A DNA stretch of 64,000 bases from an uncultured Myxococcales bacterium (GTDB lineage: Bacteria > Myxococcota_A > UBA9160 > SZUA-336). The position numbers and the translations under genes are program-made. The notes under the pieces were generated by a model. It saw nothing but the letters and a program-made list of their open reading frames with translations. It had not been told where the DNA came from and made no database searches. This document shows positions 44,424-54,276 of this stretch, piece after piece; position 1 is the stretch's first letter, and every line of letters begins with the position of its first letter. The DNA is taken from assembly GCA_964454165.1 (NCBI GenBank), contig CAYVQJ010000084.1:44077-108076 (forward strand). Reading direction: 5' to 3'.

Positions 44424-47400
44424 CGGCGTCTTCCTCGGCCTGCGCGGCGAGCAGCGACGACGCCACCTTGGGGCGCAGGATCGAGTAGAAGGCCGGCACC
44501 ACGGTGATCGCGCCGAGCATGTTGATCACCATCAGGATCGTGAGCAGCCACGCCATCTCGGCCTGGAAGCGCAGCGTCGAGAAGCTCCAGAACACGATCC
44601 CGCCCACGACCGTCGTCACGGTGAACGTGACCGCCATGCCGGTGGTGCGGATCGCGCGCCGGATCGCCTCGTCGATGTCCCCGCGCGTCGAGACCACCTC
44701 CTGCCGGATGCGATCGACGATGAAGATCGCGTAGTCCACGCCGATCCCGACGCCTACCGACTGGACGGGCAAGGTGTTCACGTTCAGGCCGAGCCCGGCG
44801 ACCGCCATGTACGCCAGCGAGAGCAGCGTCGCGGTCATGATCTGGAGCAGGATGATCCCGCCGGAGATCGCGGACCGGTACGTGAGCGAGTGCATCACGA
44901 AGATCACCAGGAAGATCAACGAGATGTTCGCGAGGTGCGCGCGCTCGACCTCGTCGTTCACGGCGGCCAGGATGCCCATCAGGCCGCCAGCCATGGTGAA
45001 CTGCACGCCGCGCGCCCAGGACTGCGTGGGCTGGAATACCGGATCGGGCTCGCGCCCCTTCAGGTCCTGCACCAGGAGCCGGTTCGTCTCGACCGCGACC
45101 GCGCGGATGCCGAGCTCGGGCTCCTCCCACCACTGGTCCACCGCGGACGCGTCGAAGGCTTCGAGCTCCTTCGGCCAGGTGAAGACCTCGCCGGGACGGA
45201 CCTCGTCCTTCGCCTGCACGTACTGCTGCGTCGCCTTCGCGCCGAAGTCCTCGAGCCAGGGCGGGGCGCCGTCCGCCTGCACCTGCTTCACCGCGGAGTC
45301 GACGTAGCTGCCGTCCTCCTGGCGCAGCCGCACGCGCAGCGTATGCGCGCGCCGGGGCAGCACCGGGCCGAGCACGTAGTAAAGGAAGTCCTTGAGCGCC
45401 TCGGGGTGGAGCGCGCCGGTGTCGGGGGCTGCGTGGTTCGGATCGAGCCGGATCGCGACGAGCCCGAGCGGGTTCTCCTCGACGAAGCGAGACGCGATCT
45501 GAACGGCGCGACGGATCGTCTCGCCCTTGTGGTCCGGGAAGAAGACGGTGGTGCTCGCGGCGCGCCCGTCCGGCGTCAGGAACAGGTTGAGCGCGCCGGG
45601 CGGGCTGGCGTTGCGCACCTGGAAGATCGTGCCGCGCACGCGGCCGGTGTCCTCGGGGAGCGTCTCGAACTTCGGATCGCCGTAGCGCAGCTGCGAGCCC
45701 ACGGTGCGCATGATCGGCACCAGCGAGATGGCGCCGCGCGCGCCGGCGCGCGTGGTGAGCTCGCGTTCGAGCCGCTCCATCAGCGCCAGGGGCTCGAGGT
45801 CGCTCGCGGAGCCGTCGCGGTCGCCATCGGCGTAGACGATCAGCGCGTCGGCGCCGCCGAACTTCTTGGTGATCTCGGCCGCGGCCTGGTTGAACGGGTG
45901 ATCCGGCCAGAACAGCGTGGTCCCGGGAGCCGCCTCGCCGATCTGCGAGTAGAACAACGTGATCCACGCCGACACGGCGAAGGTCGCGACCGTGACGCCC
46001 GCGACCGCCCACTTGCCGAACGGATCGGTGGTCAGATTCCCGACAGCACGCGTGAAGCGGATCATGAACCTGGGCACGAAGTGGTGCCAGTCGCGCGGCG
46101 GCGGGAACCAGCAGATCAGGATCGGGTGCATCAGCTCGACGGTGAACACGATCGCGCCGACCCAGAAGGCGCCGAAGATGCCGAGGCTGCGCATCTGCGG
46201 GATCGTGGTGACGAGGATCATCAGCAGCCCCGCCACGTCGGTGAGCACGCCGAGCGTTCCCGGGATCATGAGCTCGGCCATGGCGGTGGTCGCGGCGTGG
46301 AGCTTGGCGTCGTGCTCGTTGTCGAACTGGTCGTGGATCGCCTCGTAGTCCTCGAAGAAACGCTCGGCCATCTGCACCGTGTGCGACACCGCGCGCGCCG
46401 TGATGATCATCGGGATCACCAGGATCAGCGGATCGAAGGTCAGGCCCGCCCAGCCCGTGAAGCCGAGGCCCCAGACGACCGTGGTGCCGGCGCAGATCAG
46501 CGGGATCGCCACGCCGTGGCCGCGCCGGAAGTAGAGCCAGAGCAGCGCGAAGATCGCCACCACGGCGAGGCCGACGAAGATCACGATCTCCTTGGCGTGC
46601 TGCAGGATCCAGCCGGTCAGGATCGGGATACCCGTGACGTAGACCTCGGTGTTCCCGTCCGACTCGCGGGCCTGGATCTTCATCACGTGGTCGAACACCG
46701 CCTGGAAGATCGCGCGGTGGTCCAGGCGGTCCGTCACGAAGCCGGCCGTGACGAGCGCCGCCTTCTCGTCGGTCGAGACCAGGTTCCCGAGCACGAAGGG
46801 GATCTTCTCGTGGACCGCCGTGCGCACCAGATCGGCCTCTTCCTGCGTCTGCGGCATCTCCTCGATCAGGAAGCCGCCGATCATCGCGCCCGAGGGCTCG
46901 ATGTCGACCACGCGCGTGCTCTCGTGCGTGAGCGAGCGGATGTAGTAGTGGTTGATCGGGTAGCTCGGGTACTTGTCGTCGAGCGCGTCATCGATCTGCT
47001 TGGGCGTGAGCATGCCCGCGTCGCGCAGCTCGGCGCGCAGGGCGCGGCGCTCGTCGCCGTGCGCCTCGTAGTCCCAGCCGTCGAGCGACTTGGTGATGCG
47101 GTCGATCTTCTGCAGGTTCTCGGGGGTGAAGATCGTCCCGTCTTTCACCACCATCGCGATCGCGATCAGTGTCGAGTTGCCGAAGCGCCCCGCGAACTTG
47201 TCCTGGGCGTGGATGAAGGGGTGCTCGGGGAACAGGTCGCGCGCGTTCGTGTTCAGCCGCACAGCGGGACCCGGCAGCGCCTTGCCCACTGCCGTGAACA
47301 CGCCGTTCGCGATGGGGTAGGCGAAGAAGAGCGTGACGAGCCCCATCAGCGCGCCGATCGCGTTGCGGTTGCGCACCACGAAGCGCGCCAGAACCAGCGT

Positions 47401-47436
47401 GGAGCGCGGGGCCGGGGTGTGGTCAGCGGGCTGCAT
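44338..47436 (-). CDS. MMPL/RND-superfamily transporter (two 6-TM bundles with large periplasmic loops)
   Basis: 1032 aa; duplicated MMPL-type membrane domains; 3' end overlaps the convergent dehydrogenase gene by 86 nt. Confidence 0.85.
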   Translation of the reverse strand: MQPADHTPAPRSTLVLARFVVRNRNAIGALMGLVTLFFAYPIANGVFTAVGKALPGPAVRLNTNARDLFPEHPFIHAQDKFAGRFGNSTLIAIAMVVKDGTIFTPENLQKIDRITKSLDGWDYEAHGDERRALRAELRDAGMLTPKQIDDALDDKYPSYPINHYYIRSLTHESTRVVDIEPSGAMIGGFLIEEMPQTQEEADLVRTAVHEKIPFVLGNLVSTDEKAALVTAGFVTDRLDHRAIFQAVFDHVMKIQARESDGNTEVYVTGIPILTGWILQHAKEIVIFVGLAVVAIFALLWLYFRRGHGVAIPLICAGTTVVWGLGFTGWAGLTFDPLILVIPMIITARAVSHTVQMAERFFEDYEAIHDQFDNEHDAKLHAATTAMAELMIPGTLGVLTDVAGLLMILVTTIPQMRSLGIFGAFWVGAIVFTVELMHPILICWFPPPRDWHHFVPRFMIRFTRAVGNLTTDPFGKWAVAGVTVATFAVSAWITLFYSQIGEAAPGTTLFWPDHPFNQAAAEITKKFGGADALIVYADGDRDGSASDLEPLALMERLERELTTRAGARGAISLVPIMRTVGSQLRYGDPKFETLPEDTGRVRGTIFQVRNASPPGALNLFLTPDGRAASTTVFFPDHKGETIRRAVQIASRFVEENPLGLVAIRLDPNHAAPDTGALHPEALKDFLYYVLGPVLPRRAHTLRVRLRQEDGSYVDSAVKQVQADGAPPWLEDFGAKATQQYVQAKDEVRPGEVFTWPKELEAFDASAVDQWWEEPELGIRAVAVETNRLLVQDLKGREPDPVFQPTQSWARGVQFTMAGGLMGILAAVNDEVERAHLANISLIFLVIFVMHSLTYRSAISGGIILLQIMTATLLSLAYMAVAGLGLNVNTLPVQSVGVGIGVDYAIFIVDRIRQEVVSTRGDIDEAIRRAIRTTGMAVTFTVTTVVGGIVFWSFSTLRFQAEMAWLLTILMVINMLGAITVVPAFYSILRPKVASSLLAAQAEEDAASSPPADTRAEDDAAARTPAARSSAGQP

Positions 47437-47554
47437 CGGGTCTCCGCGCGGCGATGGCCGGGCTGCGCAGTCTAGTGTCAGCGTCTACGCGCGGGCAAAG
47501 GACGCGCTGCCGCTTCCCGGCTGCGGGGCGGAACCTCGTACGCAGGGGGAGGCG

Positions 47555-48424
47555 CTAACTCGTGCGGCGGCGCAGGGCGGCGAGGCCAGCGAGGCCGAGG
47601 CCGAGCAGCAGGACCGAAGACGGCTCCGGAATCGGATCCGAGTCGGTCATGAAGCGCTGCTCGATCACGCTGATGTGCGCGATCCCGTGCCCGATCCCGA
47701 TCCCGTCCCGGTTGCGGATGAAGCGGCGCCAGTTGCACCAGCAATCGCCTTCGCCGCCGCAATCGCCGTCGTGGTCCCACTCATCATCGCCGTCCCCATC
47801 GTGCTCCGAGCCGCGGGCATGGCGCTGCCACCCCGGCGGAACCTCGCCGTCCCAGCCGTGGTGCTCGCCGCGCTCCCAGCCGTAGTGATTGCCCTGGTCC
47901 TCGTGGCGCCGTCGCCGGACGCTCTCGAGCAGGATGTCCTTGGTGACGTGCAGCGTGTTCGCGCCGTCGCCGAGGCTCGCGCTATCGCTCGTCCGCGTGG
48001 AGGTGCGGGTGTCGAACACGCCGAGCGCCACCCCGGGAAATTCGTCGATGGTCTCCGCGATCGAAGCCGAGGAGTTGCCGCCGGCAGCGAAGCCCGTGAA
48101 TGCGAGCTCCACCGCCACGATTCGGTCGCTCGAGGTCACGGTGTAGTCGAGGACGATGTCGAGCGTCTTTCCCCGGGTGACGACGATGGGGCCCACCAGC
48201 CGGAAGCCGTCGTGGTCGAACTCGATCTCGATCAGATCGATGTCGAAGCTCCGGGTGCCCGTCACGGTCACCGAGAAGTCCGAAAAGCTGAGGTTGCTGC
48301 CCTCGGCGGAGAAGGTCCCCGGGCTGCCGTTTACGTCGCTGAGCGACAGCGCTCGCGCGAGCGAAGGGTCAAGGGCAAGAAGGCAGACGAATAGCCCAAC
48401 GAGATGATTCCACCGGTTTCGCAC
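47555..48424 (-). CDS. PEP-CTERM sorting-domain secreted protein with His/Asp-rich region
   Basis: C-terminus PIPEPSSVLLLGLGLAGLAALRRRTS = PEP motif + TM helix + Arg cluster. Signal peptide from VRNRWNHLVGLFVCLLAL (GTG 48424). HEDQGNHYGWERGEHHGWDG...EHDGDGDDEWDHDGDC acidic/His-rich stretch. Confidence 0.7.
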   Translation of the reverse strand: MRNRWNHLVGLFVCLLALDPSLARALSLSDVNGSPGTFSAEGSNLSFSDFSVTVTGTRSFDIDLIEIEFDHDGFRLVGPIVVTRGKTLDIVLDYTVTSSDRIVAVELAFTGFAAGGNSSASIAETIDEFPGVALGVFDTRTSTRTSDSASLGDGANTLHVTKDILLESVRRRRHEDQGNHYGWERGEHHGWDGEVPPGWQRHARGSEHDGDGDDEWDHDGDCGGEGDCWCNWRRFIRNRDGIGIGHGIAHISVIEQRFMTDSDPIPEPSSVLLLGLGLAGLAALRRRTS

Positions 48425-48548
48425 GCTCCTGCATCTCCCTGTAACCCTCCAGGGAAAGCGCGAGCTCCAGAAGCGCGCGAATCGGGCGGGGTCCCGCGCA
48501 AACGGAAACCCCAACCTTCATGGGTACAGTAACCGAAACCGGGGTCTG

Positions 48549-49817
48549 GTGTCGCGGGAAATCTTGTGGCCGGACGATGTCATAGGTGTGACGGCCCGAG
48601 CGGACCCCCGAGGACCCGTGGGGCGGCGCCTGCGCGCCGGGCTGCGGCGCCACGGGCTGGTCTGGCGCCCCAGAGCCGTCCGCCGCTGGGTGCGCTCGCG
48701 AGCCCTGCGGTTCACGGACGGGAACCGGGTGGCGGTCCTGGAGGACGGTCGCAACGGCCTCGGCGCCATGCTCCAGGCGGTCGAGGCGGCCAAGTCCCGG
48801 ATCCACCTGGAGACGTACACGCTACGCGCCGACCGGATCGGCGCCTGCTTCCTGGACGCCCTCGAGGAGCGCGCTCGCGCCGGCGTCGAGGTGCGCGTGC
48901 TCTACGACGCGCTCGGCTCCCGTGGGCTCGAGGACGCGGCGCTCGCGGGGCTGCGCGCCGCCGGCGGGCAGGTCGTCGCGTTCAACCCGCTCTGGCGCGT
49001 GTGGCCGCGCTTCGCGCCGCGCCGCCGCGACCACCGCAAGATCCTGGTCATCGATGGCGCGATCGCGTTCACGGGCGGCCTCAACATCGGCGACGAGTAC
49101 TGGGGTGGGATCGGGCCCGGCAACGCCGGCTGGCGCGACACACACCTGTGCATCGAAGGGCCCGCGGTGCGCGACCTCGAGGCGGTGTTCCTCGAGAGCT
49201 GGTTCCGCGCCGACGGTCCGGACATCGCCTGGCACGCCCTGCTCGAGGGCGAGCGCCCGAAACAGGGGGACGTGCGCTGCGCGGTGCTCGCCGACGGCCC
49301 GTCCTATCGCCGGCGCCGCATGCGCGACCTCTTGCTATCGGCGCTCGAAGAGGCCCGCGGCCAGGTGCGTCTGCAGAGCCCCTACTTCGCGCCGGGACGG
49401 CGCGTGCTCGACTCGCTTGCCGACGCCAGCCGGCGCGGGGTGAAGGTCGAGCTGCTGCTCGCGGGGCGCACTGACCATCCCGTGCTGCGCCGCGCGGTGC
49501 GCTCGATCCTGCCGCGCCTGCTCGAGTGCGGCGTGTCAGTCTACGAGTACGAGCCGGCCATGATGCACGCCAAGGTCGGGCTGTACGACGACGCCTGGGC
49601 GACGGTCGGCACCTCGAACCTGGACCGCCAGAGCTTCGAGCACAGCTACGAGGTCAACCTGATCCTCGAGGGTGGGGGCGTGCCGGCGCGCCTGCGCGAG
49701 CGCTTCGAGCGCGACCGCACGCAGGCGCGGCGCATCGATACTGCGTCGCTGGCGGCACGCGGGCCCTGGGAGCGCTTCGTGGATCGGCTCGCCGCGCTCG
49801 TGCTGCTCTTTGTGTAG
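48549..49817 (+). CDS. phospholipase D / cardiolipin-synthase family protein (two HKD motifs)
   Basis: HRKILVIDG and HAKVGLYDD HxKxxxxD motifs. Exact start uncertain (GTG 48549 or downstream). Confidence 0.8.
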   Translation: MSREILWPDDVIGVTARADPRGPVGRRLRAGLRRHGLVWRPRAVRRWVRSRALRFTDGNRVAVLEDGRNGLGAMLQAVEAAKSRIHLETYTLRADRIGACFLDALEERARAGVEVRVLYDALGSRGLEDAALAGLRAAGGQVVAFNPLWRVWPRFAPRRRDHRKILVIDGAIAFTGGLNIGDEYWGGIGPGNAGWRDTHLCIEGPAVRDLEAVFLESWFRADGPDIAWHALLEGERPKQGDVRCAVLADGPSYRRRRMRDLLLSALEEARGQVRLQSPYFAPGRRVLDSLADASRRGVKVELLLAGRTDHPVLRRAVRSILPRLLECGVSVYEYEPAMMHAKVGLYDDAWATVGTSNLDRQSFEHSYEVNLILEGGGVPARLRERFERDRTQARRIDTASLAARGPWERFVDRLAALVLLFV

Positions 49818-51053
49818 CTAAACTTCTTCGAGGGTCAGCAGCTCCTCGATGCGCTGGCGGCGGCGGATCAGGCGCGCCTGCTCGCCGTCGACGAGCACCT
49901 CGGGCGCGAGCGGCCGCGAGTTGTAGTTGCCGGCCATCGCCGCGCCGTAGGCCCCGGCGTCGTGCAGCACCAGCAGGTCGCCGACTTCGGCGCGCGCCAG
50001 CTCGCGCGGAACGACCACGCCGCCTTCGCTCTGGGTGAACACGTCGCCCGACTCGCACAGCGGTCCCGCGACCACGGTCGGCTCGCCGGGACCGTCGAGG
50101 CGTCCTGCCCCGCGGCGGACGATCGAGATCTCGTGGTGGCTGCCGTAGAGAGCCGGCCGCGCCAGATCGTTGAAGCCCGCGTCGACCAGCACGAAGCGCT
50201 GGCCGCCCGTCCGCTTCGTCGCGCGCACCTCGGTGAGCAGCAAACCGGCCTCGGCGACCAGGTAGCGCCCGGGCTCGATCTCGAGCGACACCGGGTGGCC
50301 GACGATGCCCTCGATCTCGTGGCGCGCCGCGTCCCAGAGCCGGTGCAGCTCGCGCGTGTCGATCCGCGCCTCGCCCGGGTGGTAAGGGATGGGCAGCCCG
50401 CCGCCGCCGGAGATCGCACGCAGGTCGCGGCCCGACGCGCGCACCAGCTCGACCATCGCCGAGCACACGCGCCGCAGGTGTTCGACGTCGGTCCCGGAGC
50501 CGATGTGCATGTGCAGGCCGACCAGGTCCAGCCGGTGCTCGTCGACGTGCTTCCAGGCGTCGCGCAGATTGGCGTGCCAGATGCCGTGCTTGCTCCACTC
50601 ACCGCCGGTGTTGGTCTTGCGGCTGTGGCCGTGCCCGAAGCCCGGGTTCACGCGCAGCCAGACGCGGTGGCCGGGGTGGCGTCGGCCGAGCTGCGCGAGC
50701 ATGTCCTCGGATCCCGCGTTCACCGGGATGTCGCACTCGATCACGCGCTCGAGCGTGCGGGCGTCGAGCACGTCTGCCGCGTAGACGATGCCCGCGGGCT
50801 GGCCCGCGCCGCTCCATCCCGCGCGCAGCGCGCGCTCGATCTCGCCCAGCGAGACCGCGTCCACCAGACAGCCGAGGCTGCGCAGCAGCTCGAGCACGTG
50901 CACATTCGAGCTGGCCTTCTGCGCGTAGCGGATCACGTCGAACGCGCGCAGCTCGGCGACGCGGGCGCGGATCAACGCGGCATCGTAAACGTACACCGGC
51001 GTGCCGTGCTCGGCGGCGATGCGCTCGAGGAGTGCGGCGTCGATCGGCTTCAT
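49818..51053 (-). CDS. lysA: diaminopimelate decarboxylase
   Basis: PLP fold-III decarboxylase pattern (YAQKASSNVHVLELL..., GLHMHIGSG, CESGD, EPGRYLV). Confidence 0.9.
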   Translation of the reverse strand: MKPIDAALLERIAAEHGTPVYVYDAALIRARVAELRAFDVIRYAQKASSNVHVLELLRSLGCLVDAVSLGEIERALRAGWSGAGQPAGIVYAADVLDARTLERVIECDIPVNAGSEDMLAQLGRRHPGHRVWLRVNPGFGHGHSRKTNTGGEWSKHGIWHANLRDAWKHVDEHRLDLVGLHMHIGSGTDVEHLRRVCSAMVELVRASGRDLRAISGGGGLPIPYHPGEARIDTRELHRLWDAARHEIEGIVGHPVSLEIEPGRYLVAEAGLLLTEVRATKRTGGQRFVLVDAGFNDLARPALYGSHHEISIVRRGAGRLDGPGEPTVVAGPLCESGDVFTQSEGGVVVPRELARAEVGDLLVLHDAGAYGAAMAGNYNSRPLAPEVLVDGEQARLIRRRQRIEELLTLEEV

Positions 51054-51079
51054 GCTTCCGCCAGACTACAGTACCGGAC

Positions 51080-53167
51080 GTGGATCCGATCGTCGCCGAG
51101 GAGCTCGCGCTGCTCGAGCAGGTCCTCGGCGTGCTGCGCCGCTCGACGGGACCGCGTCCGCCCTCGGAGGCCGCGGTGGTCGGCGAGCTGGTGCGCATCC
51201 GCGATTCGCTGGTCTCGGGCGACGAGTCGAAGGACCGGCTGGCGCTCGAGGACGAGTGGCAGCGCTATCAGGCGCTGCTCGCGCAGCTCCGGCGCTCGCG
51301 CGAGAGCACGCTCGGCGTGGATCCCGACGCGCCGTACTTCGCGCACCTGCGGCTGCGCGACGAGCGCGGCGAGCGCGATCTGTGTCTGGGCCGCGCCACG
51401 CGGATCGAGGCCGGGGTGCGCATCGTGGACTGGCGCAACGCGCCGATCTCGCGCGTGTTCTACCGCTACCAGCAGGGCGACGAGTACGAAGAGGAGATGG
51501 GCGGGCGGCTGCACGCAGGGGTCGTTTCCGCGCGCCGTACCGTGGCGGTCGCGCACGGCCGCCTCGAGCGAGTGGACGCGCCGGAGGGATCGTTCTCGCT
51601 CGACCCGCGCGCCTCGGACGGCTGGCGCCGGCTCGAGCGCGAGAGCGCGCACCTCGGCGGCGGCGAGGGCAGCGCGGTGCGCGTGTACGGCGCCGCGGAG
51701 GGCCGCGGGCGGCGGCTGGGCACCGACACCGGGGGCGGGCGCCGCCGCGGCGACAAGCGCCTGCCCGAGATCTCCGCGCTGATCGACCCGGTTCAGTTCG
51801 AGGCGATCGCGCGGCCCGACTCGGGGATCGTGGTCGTGCGCGGCAGCGCGGGCTCGGGCAAGACCACCGTCGCGCTACACCGAATCGCGTGGCTGGCGTA
51901 CGCGGACGAACGCGTCGACTCACCGGCCACGCAGTTCCTGACCTTCTCGCCCGCGCTCTGCGAGTACGTGCGTAACGTGCTGCCCGCGCTTGGCGTGCGG
52001 CGCGCGCGCGTCGCGACGTTCGAGGCCTGGACGCACGCGCAGCGCCGGCGACTGTTTCCCGAGCTGCCGCGCGAGGTGCGCGACGACACGCCGACGCCCG
52101 CGCGGCGCCTGAAGCTGCACCCGGTCCTGGCGCGCGTGCTGGAGGAGCACATCAAGGACACGCCCGGCGAGCGCACGGCAGAGCAGGTGATCGACGACTG
52201 GGCCAGCGCGCTCACCGTGCGCGACCGCCTCGCGCGCGCCTTCCGTGAGCGCGCGCCCGACGCCTTCCGCGGCGACGAGCTCGCGCGCGCCGTCGACTGG
52301 TGCCGCGAGCGCGTGGACGAGCTGAACGCGCTCGCCGACGGCGACCCGGTCGTCGAGGCTGCACTCGACGCGGAAGACGAGGCGCTGCTGCTGCGCGCCT
52401 GGCAGCTCCGCATCGGCCCGCTGCCGGACCGCTTGAACCGGCCGCTGCGCTATCGCCACCTGGCGATCGACGAGGCGCAGGACTTCTCTCCGCTCGAGCT
52501 GCGCCTGCTGCTCGAGTGTCTCGACGAGCGCGGGAGCGCCACGCTGGCCGGCGACGCGCAGCAGCAGGTGTTCACCGAGAGCGGCTTCGAGTCGTGGCAG
52601 GAGCTGCTCGCCGAGATCGGCGCATCCGCGGCCGAGGTCGACACGTTGCGCGTCTCGTACCGCTCGACCGAGCCGATCGTGCGTTTCGCACACGCGCTGC
52701 TCGGCGATCTCGCCGAGGAGGACGCTCCACCGCGCGCAACCCGGCACGGTCCACCCGTCGAGCTGTTCGAGTTCCACGACCCCGGCGCTTGCGTGGCGTT
52801 CCTGTCCGACGCGCTCAAGGAGCTGGCGCGAGCCGAGCCCCTCGCTTCGGTCGCGGTGCTCGCCGCGTCGCCGGCAGCCGCGGCCCTCTACCACGACGGC
52901 TTCGTGCAGGCGGAGGTGCCGCGCCTGCACCGCGTGGAGCAGTACGACTTCCGCTTCACCCCCGGTGTCGAGGTCGCCGAGATCGAGCAGGCCAAGGGCC
53001 TCGAGTTCGACTACGTGGTGCTGGTCGACGTCTCGGACGAGGCCTTCCCGCCGACGCCACTCGCGCGCCGCCTGCTCCACGTCGGCGCCACGCGCGCCAT
53101 GCACCAGCTCTGGCTCACGAGCATCGGCCCCCCCGCCGCGCTGGTGCGTCGCGCTTCCGGCGCGTAG
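51080..53167 (+). CDS. UvrD-like/HelD-like superfamily-1 DNA helicase
   Basis: Walker A GSAGSGKTT; DEAQDF (motif II); VSYRSTEPIV region. Start chosen at GTG 51080 to avoid overlap with the divergent lysA. Confidence 0.8.
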   Translation: MDPIVAEELALLEQVLGVLRRSTGPRPPSEAAVVGELVRIRDSLVSGDESKDRLALEDEWQRYQALLAQLRRSRESTLGVDPDAPYFAHLRLRDERGERDLCLGRATRIEAGVRIVDWRNAPISRVFYRYQQGDEYEEEMGGRLHAGVVSARRTVAVAHGRLERVDAPEGSFSLDPRASDGWRRLERESAHLGGGEGSAVRVYGAAEGRGRRLGTDTGGGRRRGDKRLPEISALIDPVQFEAIARPDSGIVVVRGSAGSGKTTVALHRIAWLAYADERVDSPATQFLTFSPALCEYVRNVLPALGVRRARVATFEAWTHAQRRRLFPELPREVRDDTPTPARRLKLHPVLARVLEEHIKDTPGERTAEQVIDDWASALTVRDRLARAFRERAPDAFRGDELARAVDWCRERVDELNALADGDPVVEAALDAEDEALLLRAWQLRIGPLPDRLNRPLRYRHLAIDEAQDFSPLELRLLLECLDERGSATLAGDAQQQVFTESGFESWQELLAEIGASAAEVDTLRVSYRSTEPIVRFAHALLGDLAEEDAPPRATRHGPPVELFEFHDPGACVAFLSDALKELARAEPLASVAVLAASPAAAALYHDGFVQAEVPRLHRVEQYDFRFTPGVEVAEIEQAKGLEFDYVVLVDVSDEAFPPTPLARRLLHVGATRAMHQLWLTSIGPPAALVRRASGA

Positions 53168-53254
53168 TTGACGCGGCGCGTAATCGCTCGAAGTCGAAAA
53201 TAGTTGCGCCACGCGCTTGCTCGTCGACCACACTCCACTTCTGGAGGGAACGAC

Positions 53255-53620
53255 ATGTCGACGGTCAGGACGGCCTTTCTGGCTCTGGCGCTCGCGAGCG
53301 TGGCGTTGCTCAGCCCGGCGCGGGGCGGGGCCGCGATCTGCGGCTTCCCGGGTGTGGTGCTCGCGGGCGCATTCGCCGGCGGTTTTGGCTGGGTCACGCT
53401 GTTTTCTCCCATCGCGCCGTTCCCGCTCACCGGGATCGCGAGCACCCTGCTCGCCGGACCGATCGGTCCCGCGTGCATGGACATGTGGACGACGGCGGCG
53501 CTCGGGCCGCCTCCGCCGAACTTCCTGGCGGTCTGGGGTACCGGGCCCGGGTTGTGCGCGGGTGCATGCTCGGCGGTCGCGGTGTCCTGTTCCGCAACGC
53601 TCTGCGCGGCGTATCCGTGA
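53255..53620 (+). CDS. small secreted hydrophobic Gly/Ala/Pro-rich protein with 7 Cys
   Basis: RBS GGAGGG 6 nt before ATG 53255; signal peptide MSTVRTAFLALALASVALLSPARG. Mature ~97 aa, low complexity, Cys-rich (AICGFPG..., GPACMDMW, LCAGACSAVAVSCSATLCAAYP). Stop overlaps the next start (GTGA). Confidence 0.5.
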   Translation: MSTVRTAFLALALASVALLSPARGGAAICGFPGVVLAGAFAGGFGWVTLFSPIAPFPLTGIASTLLAGPIGPACMDMWTTAALGPPPPNFLAVWGTGPGLCAGACSAVAVSCSATLCAAYP

Positions 53621-54276
53621 GCGCACGGCGTCGGCTCACTGCGCCGGCGCTGTCGCTCCTCGTTGCGCTCTCGGGCTGTGAGCCGAGTGCTATGCCGGGA
53701 CCGGAAGCGAGCGCCGCTGCCACGGGGTCCGAGGTCGCGATCACGCCGGTGGTCGCGCCGTCGGCGGCGAGCCTGTACGGCGACGACGTCTCGCGCCTGC
53801 GCTACCAGGGTCGCAGCGACGACGAGACGCTCGTCGCGTCCAGCGCCGGGCCGTACGTCCGCGTGGGTGAGTTCAACGCCTGGCTCGGCAGCTATCCCCT
53901 GCGCATCACGAGCGACGACCTGCCTGCCGCGCGACGACAGGCGCTCGAGCAGCTCGTCACGTTCAAGCTCTTCGTCGCGAAGGCGCGTGCGAGTGGCTAC
54001 GAGGAGCGCCTGGGCAAGGCGTCGGATCAGAGGTCACTGGCGTTCGCGTACATTCGCGACCAGGTCACCGACGTCGCGTCCATCTCCGACGAAGCCGCGC
54101 GCCAGTACGAGTCCGGGCATCCGGAGCTGCTGGCGCAGATCGGCTCCGACGACGTCCCTGTCGACGTGCGAACGCTGGCCATCAAGGGCTCGATGCGCGG
54201 GGAGCAGCTCTGGACGCGCGTCCAGGAGTGGATGACCGAGGCCGGGATCCGTTACGAGGAGGGGGCTCTGCAATGA
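53617..54276 (+). CDS. lipoprotein with SurA-N-like / PpiC-type chaperone-like domain
   Basis: GTG 53617; lipobox LLVALSGC. Pattern resembling the SurA N-terminal chaperone domain (family assignment tentative). Stop overlaps the next start (ATGA). Confidence 0.5.
   Translation: MSARRRLTAPALSLLVALSGCEPSAMPGPEASAAATGSEVAITPVVAPSAASLYGDDVSRLRYQGRSDDETLVASSAGPYVRVGEFNAWLGSYPLRITSDDLPAARRQALEQLVTFKLFVAKARASGYEERLGKASDQRSLAFAYIRDQVTDVASISDEAARQYESGHPELLAQIGSDDVPVDVRTLAIKGSMRGEQLWTRVQEWMTEAGIRYEEGALQ

Noticed and set aside
44420-47475. 530-aa minus and 861-aa plus ORFs overlapping the MMPL transporter gene
   Set aside because: Alternative-frame or antisense run-ons. The MMPL frame has clear TM-domain architecture, these do not.
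49815-49820. Abutting convergent stop codons TAG/CTA of the PLD and lysA genes forming a TAGCTA palindrome
   Set aside because: Coincidental end-to-end convergence; no hairpin terminator structure around it that I could see.
52300-54276. 658-aa plus-strand ORF
   Set aside because: Only the last 219 codons (from GTG 53617, lipobox LLVALSGC) form a credible gene. The 5' part is an alternative-frame run-on through the helicase gene.
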